Assembly (NCBI RefSeq): GCF_006345805.1
Contig: NC_043005.1
Coordinates: 44,454,001-44,518,000, forward strand
DNA from: Octopus sinensis
Taxonomy: Eukaryota
Length of the DNA stretch: 64,000 nt
Direction of reading: 5' to 3'
The notes below the pieces were generated by a model. That model did not search any database and was not told where the DNA came from. It saw only the letters and a program-made list of their open reading frames with translations. Shown in pieces: positions 13,218 through 26,668 of the stretch; the first letter of the stretch is position 1; each line of letters opens with the position of its first letter. The position numbers and the translations under genes are program-made.

Positions 13218-14316
13218 TATGTATATATATATATATATACACACACACATATATATGAAATTATGTGTGTGTCTTTGTTTTTGCATTTGTCCCCTACCAT
13301 TTCTTGACAACCAGTGTTGGTTTGTTTGTGTCCCCAAAATCTACAGCAGTTTGACAAGAGAGGCTGATAGATTAAATACCAAGTTTAATAGAAATAAGTA
13401 CTGGGGTTGATTTGTTTGACCAAGATGGTGCTGCAGCATGGTTGTAGTCTAGTGACTAAAACAAGATAGGAGATGACCTGACCTGACCTGACCTGATCAC
13501 TGTAGGCTCAAATATTCTCACTGAGAGTTTATCTTTTAATTCCCTTTGTTCTGATTCTATACATCTAAAGTTGTACATGTATAATTACAACTATGAGACT
13601 TTAAGTTATTAGTAAATGAGTCAAGCTCTTATCAAATGCATACAACTCGAGCTAAATGTGTTGAGTGTTATGTTGAACACTACGGTCTTTCATCCGTTCA
13701 CTTACCTGCCTACTCACACTCACTGACATATGCTTATTGTTGGGTTAGATAAGCTTACATAAGTAAAACAAGTCTGCCCTGCTATTGTCTAATATTTTCT
13801 TTATCTTAAGCTAGTATTGTCAATATATCCAGTTGTTTTATGTTTTTGCAAATTGTGAATGGATCATTAGGCTACATCAAGAGGAAAAAGTGTCTGAGAT
13901 ATACAGTCTCCAGGAGCATATGTTATACAATACAATAATCAATTTTTAATGCATAAATTTGATATTATCATCCTCATCATCATAATTGTTTTAACATCCA
14001 CATTTCCATGTTCACATGAGTTGGACAGAATTCAATATGGTAGATTTTCTGCAGCCAGCATTTTTTGCATCCAGATTTCTGCACACAAAAATTATGAGCT
14101 TTTTTTTCAGTTTCAATACGTCAAATCCACTGACAAGTTTTTGGTGTGCTTGGGACTATTGTAAAACAACACTCACATAAGGTGCCATACAGTTGGACTG
14201 AACCCGAAACTATGGGGTTGGGAAGCAAACTTCCTACCATATAGCCATACCTGAATTATATGACAGAATCAAAAGTGTAACAAAGCAAAATTTATGTATC
14301 GATGAAAAAGTCTTAC

Positions 14317-14490
14317 TAAAGTTTTAAGGCTTGGTTCTTCCTCTAAACACCAGCCACAATATGTCACCAAAGAGAAAGGCAGTAGAAGAACAGACAGTGC
14401 AGTAGACAATTGACAACGATGATGATGATGATGATGATGATGATGACGATGAGGAGGCAGACAATGATGATGAGGTGGGGGCATATACAT
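14317..14490 (-). CDS. Putative first coding segment of a secreted or membrane protein (His-rich leader plus signal peptide), inside exon 14607-14317
   Basis: Acceptor tattgttttttaaaattgtctag|GCA at 14607 and donor ACTTTA|GTAAGA at 14317 bound a 291-nt open frame. From ATG 14490 it reads [58 protein letters not shown]. The protein family is not identifiable. Confidence 0.55.
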
Positions 14491-16025
14491 GCATGCAGAA
14501 ATTGTCACAATATATTTATCAATACAATAAAAGACAAGTTGACTCACATGATCGTAAAAAATTCCAATCAGATATAAATGAATCCATATTGTAAGTTCTC
14601 TCCATGCCTAGACAATTTTAAAAAACAATAAAATATAGATATTTATACAAACAGATACCATAAAGGCAATATTATATTTTTTGTATACATACATCACTAA
14701 CAACACTGCTGATCTAAATTTAACATATTGTTTAAGTGTTTTGGTTTAAAAATTAACGTTTTTGATTGAACATCAGAACCTTATGTATTTAAATATCAAA
14801 AAGATTTTGATTACCACATAAAACGATACAACTTCAAATACGAATAAGTTAGCCTAATTAATAAATGTTGCAATAAAACTTGTAAATATTTTCATTATAT
14901 ACAGGACTGAGTGAAAATAAAAAAAATATTTATATGCCAGTTTGAATCAAAATTACAAATACAAAAGCATGATACAAACATGCTCAATACTTTTGCTATT
15001 CATTTTATGTCTTCTGGCAAATTATCTGCTTAATAATACACCTACACAGAACGTATAAAACTGGATAAATATATCATAATAAATTTATTTATATTTCTAA
15101 GTTTTCAAGAGTGTTTCTATGGAGATTATGAAAGGGAAAATAGGCCAGTAACTACTAGGGTTCCTACTTCTTAAATATGTGAAAATATCATTTATATAAT
15201 ATGCAAATAATATATAATAATATGTAACAATACAAAATGCCATACAATATGTGATATGTAATCATATACAAGACATAATCGTACTTAAAACGTAATAATA
15301 TGCTATAAAATGTAATCTCGTCCTAACATGTAATATGGAACTACACATATGTAACAACATGTACTCATATACAAACATCTGTGATAATATACACACTAAG
15401 TTTAATACATAGTAAAATGTAAATATTATTTGATGACATGTAATCATATGTAGCACAATGCGTTATATAATTTGGTATGAAAATAAGCAATAAGTATGAA
15501 TATTACAACAGGTTGTTGTGTAATATGTAATATATGCAATATTGTGTAATGATTTATAATGTTTAAGTAATAACATACAATATCTATTGTTATTTAACAT
15601 GTAATATTTGTATAAATTTATGTGTGTGTGATCCACTGGCTGGAAGCAAATTGAAAAAGGTTTATAATATGCAACCACAGAGGCAAAGGAAGAGAAAGAG
15701 ATGAAGAAAATAAAAGACTGCAGCAGTGAAAGGGGGGGAAATGTGTTATATCTTTTAGAGAGAATTTAGAGGGTGATAAAGAAAATCAATTAGGAAGAGA
15801 AAAAGAAGAAAGATAGAACGAGAGATCAGCAGATTACACTTCACACACAGATATACAAGTATACACACACATAAACTGAGTTATATACCTCATACACAGG
15901 TTAAACACAGAAACACAACCACATGCCTATATACATCCCAACAGATACTCAAGACTTATGTAGCCATATATATACATCAGTATGCATCTATCAATAGATT
16001 AACCCTCAGGACTTATATACACAGA

Positions 16026-16401
16026 CTAGCAGTATCGCCCCGGCGTTGCTCAGGTTTGTAAGGGAAATAACTATAAAGCATTTTAGAGAGTTATAGCCAA
16101 AAATAGCAAAAAATGGAAAAAATGATGGTAAATTTTTTGAGAGTTAAAAAAGGTGGAGTTGCGTCCCCTAGACAGTTTGTGGTTTGTGTTTCTGATTCTC
16201 GACCCCATGTCGAATTTATCGATTTTTTTCAGAACTGGGGGACTTTTCAAAATTTTCGCTGCGTTAGTTTTGAATTATGACATTGGCTATGTGTGTGTCA
16301 AGTTTCATCAGAATCGGTTGAAAGCCGTGGTCAGGTGAGGGTACAAGCAAACAGACACACAGAAACACGCACAGACAAACTGCCGTTTATATATAGAGAG
16401 A
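16026..16401 (-). mobile_element. Non-autonomous Helitron
   Basis: Minus strand begins TC (TCTCTCTATATATAAACGG) and ends with hairpin-like CCTGAGCAACGCCGGGG followed by CTAG. It is inserted between A and T with no TSD. Confidence 0.85.
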
Positions 16402-18270
16402 TACCCAATGATACAGATCTCAACAGATATATTTAGAATGAAAGAGTTCAACAAACTCATAATGAATTGTTAGATTACTAATAACAATTTAGGAAGCTTT
16501 CAGGTAGTCTTATTTCATCTTACATATCCATTTCTTTTTGTCTCTTGATTATTAAATAAGAAAGACAATGTCTGTTACATGCTTTTCTTTCTAAATTTCC
16601 TTCTCCTTCACCTCAGATAGTAAGGCTGGGTGACAGAGAAAGATACAAAAAATGTGAGAAAGTGAAAGAAAAAGACAGTATGGGAGAATAAAAAAGAGCA
16701 AAGGATGAAGGGAAAACATAAAACAAGTGTAGGTATCCTTTCATTTACTCAATGTTAGCAGTTTAAATGTTGGCCACATACATAAATCTAAGTTGATAAA
16801 TATACTTTCTTTGTATTTATAATTATATCTTCATCTTCAAAAAATAGAAATAACATTTCAAATGTTTTGAAAGTGAAACAATACTATATTAATGCTTATT
16901 TTTCTTGCCCATAATACTATTTTACACCTATTTGTATTGTACACTTCTTTTGAAACAACTGACTTTTTTTGGCTGTCCTAATGTGTAACTTTCTGTTCCA
17001 TTAATGGAAATATGAAGTCATTGTTTCAATATTCAAAGATGTTTTGAAAAGAAGATTTTATTACAAAATATATTAAACAGGATTCCACATGCAAATTTGG
17101 CATAAAATGTTGTCACACACATGAGATCTATTCTTTTATTGAGAGCTCCGGCCACATAAATTTGTCTACATCCCCTGAGACTAGGAATACACTTGTTAAT
17201 AGTCATGTGAGAGAGATGTCATCTAAGTTTCTCAGGAAAATGTTGTTTGACCAAAGTAATGTCATAGAGATAAGTGCGATACGAAGGAATTCCATTTCAT
17301 AAATCACTTTAAACTTCACCTACTAAATGATAATGGAAAATTTTGTAGACAAGTCATTAAATTCAGCAGCAATATTTTAAATAAAAAAGTAATAAATGTA
17401 GCATAAATAAAGTACAAAAGGAATGTTATCACAAGCAGCAATATTTTTGGTAATGAAACCAAAGAAGGAAAACAATTTGTGATCATGAAAAGGCAACAGT
17501 ACCTAGAAACCAATAGCATATTTATACGATTTATCAAATGTTTGTTTTATTATATTTTTGTAAAAATTAGTTTGCAATAAAGTTTAAAATTTACCATTCC
17601 ATTCAAAGTGAAATCATCAGTCAAAGTAGATAGACTTAATTGAAAACTAAAGCTATTCCACAACAAACATTGATATATATATGGTAAACATATGGTACAT
17701 ATATATATATATATATATTAGAAACACACACACACACACACACGCACACACACACACACTCACACACATGTATGAATGTGATAAAATATATATTTGTGTT
17801 ACTGAATATCAGCAGTTGGGTAAAAACTGCTGAACTGATGGAATGATTTGATCTGGCAGTCAGGTACATTGTAGCTTTTCTCTCAAATATTATTAAGAAC
17901 AAGTCAATGCAAGAGCTTCTTTACAGAAGAGTTGGCAAGGGAGTATCTATGTCAGTGCGTTAATGAAGGAATTCGCCCCTTTTATTTTCTGTGGATGTAA
18001 GGCAGATGGTTTCATAGCTTTCCTGATAAATAAGGATAGTGTTAATCCTGTTAATGTTCAATTGTTTAGCTATTATAATAGAAAATTGGGACAATGGGGA
18101 TGCTCTACATCATAGATTTTTTCAATTATTTGACAAGGGAGATATAAGCAATAGTGTTAAGAAGAGAAATAGAAATTACTTTAAACAAGTTTTGTTTACA
18201 GATTGTAACTTGAGGAGAAAGGCAATTGCTGTAGCAGTAAGAGAGCAGGAGAGAAAAAGACTAAACAAAA

Positions 18271-18490
18271 CCCTTTCGTTACCAACCCGGCTGAAACCGG
18301 CCCTAGCTCTGAGTACAAATGTCTTGTTTTCATAAGTTCTGAATTAAAATCTTCCACCAAACCTTAGTCCCAATTTATGTTCCTAAAACTAGCTGAATGA
18401 TAACTAAGTTACTTTACTAAATTCTTTGCTACATTTAAAGTAATTGAAAGAAACACAGAGCATCTCAAAATAAATACAGTAACGAAAGGG
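18271..18490. mobile_element. piggyBac-type MITE
   Basis: Perfect 12-bp TIR CCCTTTCGTTAC / GTAACGAAAGGG followed by TTAA; the left flank is aaaa. Confidence 0.85.
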
Positions 18491-18589
18491 TTAAGAAGTA
18501 GTAGATTAGTGTTTGAATATTATTACTAAGGAAAGGCTTGCAGTCAGTATAAGATGTGGGAGTTAGGGGGAGACATTGATATTCTTGGC

Positions 18590-18808
18590 CCCATGCTGGT
18601 GGCACATAAAAAGCACTATCTGAACGTGATCAATGCCAGGCCTGCCTGACTGGCTCCTGTGCCAGTGGCACATAAAAAGCACCCACTACACTCTCTGAGT
18701 GGTTGGCATTAGGAAGAGCATCCAGCTGTAGAAACTGGCTCTTCAGACTTCAGTCAAACTGTCCAACCAATGCCAGCATGGAAAATTAACGTTAAATAAT
18801 GATGATGA
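18590..18808 (+). mobile_element. RTE 3' UTR-derived repeat with (GAT)n tail
   Basis: tggcacataaaaagcacccactacactctc...ccagcatggaaa...gatgatgat, as at 8650-9036. Confidence 0.8.
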
Positions 18809-18860
18809 TATATATATATATATATATATATATACTCACACATAAATATATATATATCCA

Positions 18861-18896
<36 letters not shown>

Positions 18897-18907
18897 GTTC
18901 TATATTT

Positions 18908-19200
18908 AAGAGATGAGGAATTATGTGCATTATTTACATTATTTACTTATTTACTTTCAATGGATATTTGTCCTCATCTTGTTTGTTGTTAACACGTTTC
19001 GGCTGATATATCCTCCAGCCTTCTTCAGGTTTCTTGGGGAAATTTTGAACCTGGGTTCTCATTCCTAAGGTATTTTTTGATGTTGTTATTATTATTATTA
19101 TTATTATTACTATTATTATTGTTCAGGTCACTGCTTGGAATCAAACTCGGAATCTTGGGGTTAGTAGCCCACGCTCTTAACCACTACGCCATATGCCCAT
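18908..19200 (-). mobile_element. tRNA-headed SINE-like element with hammerhead-like motif, in (TA)n
   Basis: A box TGGCGTAGTGG, B box GAGTTTGATTCC, (TAA)n, CTGAAGA-A-GGCTG...CAGCC-GAAAC, and a terminal hairpin AGATGAGGA/TCCTCATCT. Confidence 0.75.
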
Positions 19201-20751
19201 GGTATATATATATATATATAATCATAACAAGTAAAATATAATACATACTGAACACAAATATACTATTGTAGTGATAGTTGTACATAATTATAAACTTGTG
19301 TATATGTTATATCACCAACCGAGACAGAATAGATTTCATTCATTGCTGTTTATTGCAATACTTGGAATATCATAATTTTTCTTTCTTCATAGCAACAAGT
19401 TTCATGTCACACAGATCTTAATTCTTGGGAACAAGAAACCTATTTTAATTGATTTGACAAAAATCACTGTAATATCATTGTTAAAATTCCTTTTATCCTA
19501 TATTCTTCAGGTTTTTCTTTCTTTAGTTTTGTCAGTTCACTAGCTTTCCCCAAAATACTTTTTGAAATACCAGACATTCCAAATGTATACCAGAAAATGA
19601 TACTGAATAAACATAACATATTGCATCAGTTGTTTGAAAAAGATATACGAATATTATCTTTTTCAACAACTGTTGAAATAAAAAATATTTTTTCTTTCTA
19701 CATAGAACCCTAAATTAATTAGCTAAAAATTTTAATTTCATGAATCATTATAGATAAGAATATTTTTATCTTTGTCTGAAGACATTTGTCTGTATCCAAG
19801 GCTCTACTGAGTTAAACAGAACAAGATGGAGGAGTTACAGAGAGATGAAAAAAAAAAAGGAGTAAGAAAGAGAAAAAGACAATGCGAGAGAATAAAAAAA
19901 GACAAAACAGAAAAGGGGGACATAAAACAAGTTTGAAAGAGGTATGATAGACTAAAGAAAGAGATACTCTGTTAAGTTTATCTCACAGTTTTAACTAGTG
20001 TATTACACCTACATTTGCATATATACATATATAGATGCAGATATGTATAAATATTCAAAGGTACATAAACACACATGAAACTGTAGATATATATAAAAAA
20101 GTAAATAACTGAAGTTCCATTAGTATGTCTGAAGTCATTTGAATATTCAATTAAGTTATGAAACAATTCTTGCTCACATAAAATTTTTTTGTTATTATGA
20201 CAGATATTTGGCCAGTGATATGTAATATGTAATGTTAAGTAGTGAATGAATTCATAGAATCAGTAGAGCATCAAATACACTGCCTTGCAATATTTATGTC
20301 AGCTTTCAGCTCTTTTCAGATTCTGCCACATTTATCTTTGTCAATAAATAATGGGTCAGTCCAGGTTAATAGATTGTTATAATTAGAAGAGCATTGGATG
20401 AAGATGCTCTGAGTGTTCTAACTTTTTATCTTCTGACAGTAATGCCTACAGCATCACTGATCTCAAGTTGTATCAGCTCTTGACTTTCCTTTGGACAGCA
20501 TCAGTGGTATGAAGAAGAGAGACTTGCATACATAGTTAACTGATGGCCTTCCATAATAATGTTTTACTCAGATTTGCACGTCAGGGAGAAAGGGGCTTTT
20601 CAAGTGCAGATTTATGAGCTCACAAAACAGGAGCATGGAATAATACATAATATGTAAAGATATAAAGTAATGTATGATATACAATAATAGGTAATAATTA
20701 ATAATATGAGATTTGTAAAGGAATTTGATAAGTAATATTATGTTATAACTT

Positions 20752-20955
20752 AAGGTGGTGAGCTCACAAAATTATTAGCATACTGGGAAAACTTTTGTCT
20801 GTCTTCACATTCTGAGTTCACATTTCACCAAGGTTGACTTTAGCTTTCAAACTTTTGGGGTCAATAAAATAAGTACCAGTTGCAGACTGAGGTTGATCAA
20901 TTTGACTTACCCCTTCCCTGAAATGCTGGCCTTGTGCCAAAATTTGAGACCAATA
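20752..20955 (+). mobile_element. SINE family B (CpG-decayed)
   Basis: aaggtggtgagctcacaaaattattagca...ggccttgtgccaaaatttgagacc. Confidence 0.85.
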
Positions 20956-21313
20956 ATATGTAATATCTTTAGATTTGTGATTTGTAATAATATGTGATAA
21001 CAGACAAGGTGTGATGATATAACGGTTTATATTTTCTTTAATATTTTTAAAAATGTCAAGCAGCCAATTGACAAAATGTGTGAGTACTTTTTATATTTAC
21101 TGGGTCAGGAGAAAAGGGCAGAGTCTATGATACCGTTAACCCTTTAGCATTTAAATCAAACACTATTTTATAACACATCTAGTGCCTTCATGTAGACTCT
21201 GAGAATTGCATGAAGGCACCAGATGTGTTATAAAATGCTGTCTGAGTTGTATTCATCGCATAAGCTATTAGTAGCTCATAAAAATATATACTGTGCTTAT
21301 TGAATAATATACA

Positions 21314-21356
<43 letters not shown>

Positions 21357-21593
21357 GAATAGTTTAATTCAATTGCCTCCTATCGCTCCAGCACTTGACT
21401 GATACCTATTTTATTCTGCTGGGCATCATAAAAGCTAAATCTATTGCAGCTTTTTAGTAGACTTAGATTTCAATCCTGACTGTAAAAGGGATATAAGTAG
21501 ACACCATTTGATACTCTATTATTTCTACTACAATCTATAATAGTTCAGAAGTTTTAAATTCAAATATTGTTAAGTGCCTCCTAGAAGCTAGAT

Positions 21594-22278
21594 CAGAGGT
21601 TCTCAACCAAGGTTCATATGACCCCTGAGGGTTCATATAAGATTTTGCGGGATCCACACAACAAAATAGTAAATTGGGGATCTACAATAATATTCTAAGA
21701 GCCCCTGAAAAGAATTTTGCTAAAGAAATTGTATCTTATTTTCATCAGGTTTTGAAAGCTAAGTAAAAGTGTGACTGCCTTTGCATACAGGCTCATCCCC
21801 TGCAACCCTCTCCAGCTGAGCATCCCTAATTTTGTGGGCTCATAGGTGCTGGTGCCACTTAAAAAGCCCCTGTGCTGATGCTGCATAAAAGCACCCGGTA
21901 CACTCTGTAAAGGGGCTGGCATTAGGAAGGACACATAACTGTAGAAACTATGCAAAAACAGACATGGAACCAGAATAGCTCTTCAGCTGGTTAGTTCCTG
22001 TCAAACTGTCCAACCAATGCCAGTATGGAAAAAAGATGTTAAATGATGATGATGTGTGTGTGTATGTATGTGTGTGCATTGGTATGTATTGCAAGAAACA
22101 GTTAGGCGTCTTTCTCTAACAGTTTACGTAGTTCAACCTACACAAGTTAATATGTGGAGCAACAAAATAGGAAGTTTGAAAGAAACCAGTTTCTAAAATT
22201 CAAATGGCTACAGGGGTCCACCGAAATAAAATAGTAATCAAAGGGACCACATAGGTAAAAAATGGTTAAGAACCCGTG
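21594..22278. mobile_element. hAT (Charlie-like) MITE with nested RTE tail (~21770-22055)
   Basis: TIRs cagaggttctcaacc / ggttaagaacccgtg and 8-bp TSD-like flanks agctagat / ggttagat. Confidence 0.8.
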
Positions 22279-22719
22279 GGTTAGATGAAGACAATGCAAA
22301 AGTCACTTCTGTATCATTACACACCAAACATGAATTTATGATTGTTTTAGTAACTTTAATTTTTATTAAACTAAAATCTATAAGCATTATTTCTATATGT
22401 TACACTTCAAAATGCATTTCCTGATATTTGCCATTAAAGTTTTGAAGTGATATTAAGGAATTGTTCAAGAGATTTTCATTTTCAGAATACTATTACTTGT
22501 TTCAAATTTTTATACTCCTCAGACCAACTGAGAAAACGAGAAAGGTAATCCTTTGTATTAAAAAAAAAAAAGAGGCCCACTATTGTCTTTCTCTTTAAAA
22601 GCCATTTTCGTCATGCATTAAAATTATTTCTAATCTTTTTTTCATAAGCAATTTCATAATTGAAAAATAAATTTGAAAGTAGCTAATAATTGTGTTTGTA
22701 TTTTGTTTTGATTGTAACT

Positions 22720-22934
22720 ATGCATGCATATATATATATATATATATAATATATATATATATATATGCATGTATGTATGTATACATATATATATGCATAT
22801 ATATATATATATATACACACACACATACATACACATAAATATATATATATATATATACACACACACATATATACACATAAATATATATATACATATATAT
22901 ATATACATACATATATGTATATATATATACATAC

Positions 22935-22969
<35 letters not shown>

Positions 22970-22982
22970 CATATATACATAC

Positions 22983-23017
<35 letters not shown>

Positions 23018-23250
23018 CATATATATATATATGATATATACAATATATAAAAACGTGTGCCTGAGTGTGTGTAATATATATGTATGTATATATTTAATGT
23101 ATAATATACACATATATACATATTTAATGTATATATAATATCTGTAACAGATATGTATGATATATATATATATATACATATAATATAATACTTCATTCTG
23201 AGAAACACGATATATATGATGTATATAACATATGTAATATGCACAATAAA

Positions 23251-23281
<31 letters not shown>

Positions 23282-23302
23282 TGGGTGTGTGTGTGTATTA
23301 TA

Positions 23303-23344
<42 letters not shown>

Positions 23345-23362
23345 CACACACACACACACATA
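22720..23362. repeat. Compound (TA)n/(CA)n/(TACA)n microsatellite
   Basis: Seen directly; it is the source of the spurious IY-rich ORFs. Confidence 0.95.
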
Positions 23363-26300
23363 TTAAATAACTGAAATGTTTAAATTTTACATATGAAATG
23401 AATTGTTTTTTTAATGAAATCTACTTTCTATTATCCTTATATTTATAATATCATTTTTCTATATTTGATTTACCTGTAAGCTTTCTACTTCAGTTTTCTA
23501 TAGAATTGTGTTGAGAGGTAAAAATATGAATAAGGAACATTCATATTAGATATGCTAAGTCCATTTTAAAGTAGCTTATAGAAAAGTTTGTTTTGTTCAT
23601 CATCATCATCATTTAATGTCCATTTTCCATGCTGGCAGTTATATTTGTTCATTGTTTAAATTCATTTATATATTTAACTGTCAGACAAGAGCTGAAAATA
23701 ACTGTCATTCAAGTGTGGAGATGTTGTTTACACACACATTTTAAAAATTTAAATCAACTGTCAAACTACTAGCATGAATTCTTCCACCATGTAGAAATCC
23801 TATATTCTGTACCTTTAGGATTTACACGCAGAGCCATAAGCTGTACTCTCTGGAGTATATTAATTGAAAGTTCGATGTTTGGTTTCCATTGATTATACTA
23901 ATAATAATCATAATTTTTTAAAATTTTTATGTTGGCATAAAGCCACAAATTTGAAACGATATAGTTTAACTGAATTAACTCCAGCACATATTTGCAACTA
24001 ATGCATAGTGATGTTGGATAGAACAGTGAATGCAACAAGAGTGAAAGAAAATTCTGTGCAGTATTTAGCTTGATACCTCATCATGATTTCTTCCCTACTT
24101 CCTGGCCATAGTAACCACCACCACCACCCTCAACACTGTTACCACCACCACCACCACTACCACCACCACTGCCACCATCACCATTTTCTTAATTGTGTGT
24201 CTTTTTTTTTGTACTGATATATAAGGTGTGTTCAAAAAGCATCCGACTTTATCTTTTCCAACCAAAACTAATGTGATGTGGGCAAAATCCTTTGGGTGGG
24301 AGATGACACCACCCTTCCTGTGTCAGTTCCCAGCTGTTACACCTAGAGTACAGACATGTAGTGCACATTTGGCAGAATTTTGTTTTCACCAAATACATCA
24401 AGCAGAGATACTGCATCAAGTTTTACCAAAAGAGACAGGTAGAATAAGTATCAAGCTTAAAAAGGAAAAATAAGTATTGGAGTCAATTCATTCAACTAAA
24501 ATTCTTCAGGGTAGTGCCCCAGTATGGCCACAATTCTAATGATTGAAACAAGTAAAAGATAAAAGACAGATGATTTCGAGTGCTCTACATCTGATCATCC
24601 TCAAATAATAGTTAAGCTTCTTCATGAAAAAAGAATACATTCCCTGTGTTGAGAAGTATGCATTCATAGTACATACATTATGATTCTCGTACCAATTCTA
24701 CTCAACAACAGCAACTTCATACACATACAGCTGGTGTGCAATAAATGTCCCTGAAATTGAATTGTTAGAAATACTGTGTTTTACATGATTAACTTCAAAC
24801 CACTTTCAAAAATTTGTTAAATGTCAGTTGTTCATGGTACTTAAACTCAGTGATATTTTTATAAGAGGTCAGAAAAATTAAGAAGCTTAACTTGTGCAAG
24901 ACTATCAAAAAAATTCTAGAATCTTCAATGAAAGGAGAAATCTTAAAATGCTATGAAAATAGAATGAACTTTCCTTCTAATCTTAAACTTCAAGAAAAAT
25001 ATATTCATGTTGGTTAACCAATTGGAATTGATAATGCATTTATAAAAGCAGCTGATGCATGAACAGAGAATATCATATACATAAAATGTATCAGAAATTA
25101 ATCTGGTGGATCAAAATTCTACAGGAAGCACAAGGCTGATTCTTATTATATTGATTTCTAGTGAAGTAACAGCCTGTAATATGGCATGTGCAATGAAAGA
25201 GCTTGGTGTGGATGAATGGCACCTGAATAAGGTTTAAGACCTGAATGAGAAAGTTAAAAGCAAGATGAGCAATATGACCAGCGAATAAAATTATAATTTT
25301 TCAGATAATCTACCATATCTTTAGAGATATAGCATGCTTTAATATTTACATCAGCAAATGTAGATGTATTAAAAAGACTTCATCTCTAAAGATAAGATTG
25401 AAAATCTGAAAATTATAATTTTCTCAACAACTTGTCTCAGACACTTAACTCTCAGGACAGATATTTGTATAGATATTAAATAACTAGTAAGTATCCACTA
25501 AAATTCAGTTCTAAGCTGCTTCTTTTCATCATAATTCATTAATCAAGAATGAAAGTGTTCAAGACCAGATGGCATGTAAGTACTTTGATATGATATGAAG
25601 GAAGACAACCTGGCTCTCAGCACACAATCAAACTATAGGCTGTGAAAGAAGTTTGAAATATAGAAGTTTTAACTCTTAATGTTCTATGCTGCAAGTAACT
25701 ACAATTGTTGCCAAGTCCTAAATCATACATAATTAATTCATTACTTCAAATAGTGTTGTTTCTGTATGAGAAATAAAATCTTGCCTCATCTTAGAAAGAA
25801 CTTCCTGTCGAAAGACTTCCTGTTTGCATCATGCCAGTTTATTTTTTGTACTTTACTGAGTGGATTTCTCCAAATTTTTCTTCCTTTGATTTCTGAACAT
25901 CATGGAAGTTACTACTTCAAGCAGTAACTTAGAATTCAGTAATATTATTTGTTAGAGAAAACAAAATGATATATCAGTGTCATCTGTACACAGCAGCTAT
26001 CTAAGAAATATTGAGATTTATTGATTCTGAATAGGAGTGGAGTTATCATACAGTTGATATTGCATCAATGCCTTTGTTAAAAAAAATTGAAAGTATTAAT
26101 TTACTGATATGTTTTAAATGCAGAATTTTATGAGGAGAGTGTAATAATTGTACCAAGTAAATAATGTTTATTTGTTAGGGTTTACAAAACATTTCAATGA
26201 AGGAGATGAAGGTCACTCTTGGAATCTAATAGGAGTGCAGTTTCCAAGTTACTTAAACTGGTGCACAAATTATAGCTCTGAGATTGGAAACTAAAGACCA

Positions 26301-26444
26301 GGAATCAGTTTTTTGTATATAATATAGATGCATAATCAACTAACCAATATTCAACATACCTGGGCTCATGAAACTGACATGAAAACAAGTAAATATCACA
26401 AGTAAAACCCACACTCACAATGTACACTAATGATTTTTCTATTG

Positions 26445-26668
26445 TGTGTGTCAGTACCACCTGACTGGCCCTCATGCTGGTGGCACATAAAAGCACCCAT
26501 TACACTCTCGGAGTGGTTGGCATTAGGAAGGGCATCCAGCTGTAGAAACTCTGCCAGATAAGATTGGAGCCTGGTGCAGCCATCTGGTTTGCCAGTCTTC
26601 AGTCAAATCATCCAACCCATGCCAGCATAGAAAGCGGACATTAAACGATGATGATGATGATAATGATG
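26445..26668 (+). mobile_element. RTE 3' UTR-derived repeat
   Basis: Same tail as 8760-9036, ending aaacgatgatgatg. Confidence 0.85.

Noticed and set aside
14361-14580. Plus-strand MSPKRKAVEEQTVQ*TIDN(D)nEEAD reading (NLS plus acidic tract)
   Set aside because: It has an in-frame stop and no supporting exon structure. It is the antisense shadow of the better-supported minus-strand exon.
17803-18022. Possible extra minus-strand exon (acceptor ccttatttatcag|G at 18022)
   Set aside because: The donors are weak and the frames I checked contain stops, so it cannot be supported without transcripts.
19135-19198. tRNA gene candidates (also at 35243, 60720-60790 and SINE A heads)
   Set aside because: A/B boxes are present but there is no complete cloverleaf or acceptor stem, and each continues into a repeat body, so they are SINE heads.
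22654-23361. Long ORFs of 100-235 aa rich in I/Y/C/M/H/T (also at 34.9, 43.9-47.9 and 52.6 kb)
   Set aside because: They are translations of (TA)n/(CA)n microsatellites, which rarely contain stop codons.
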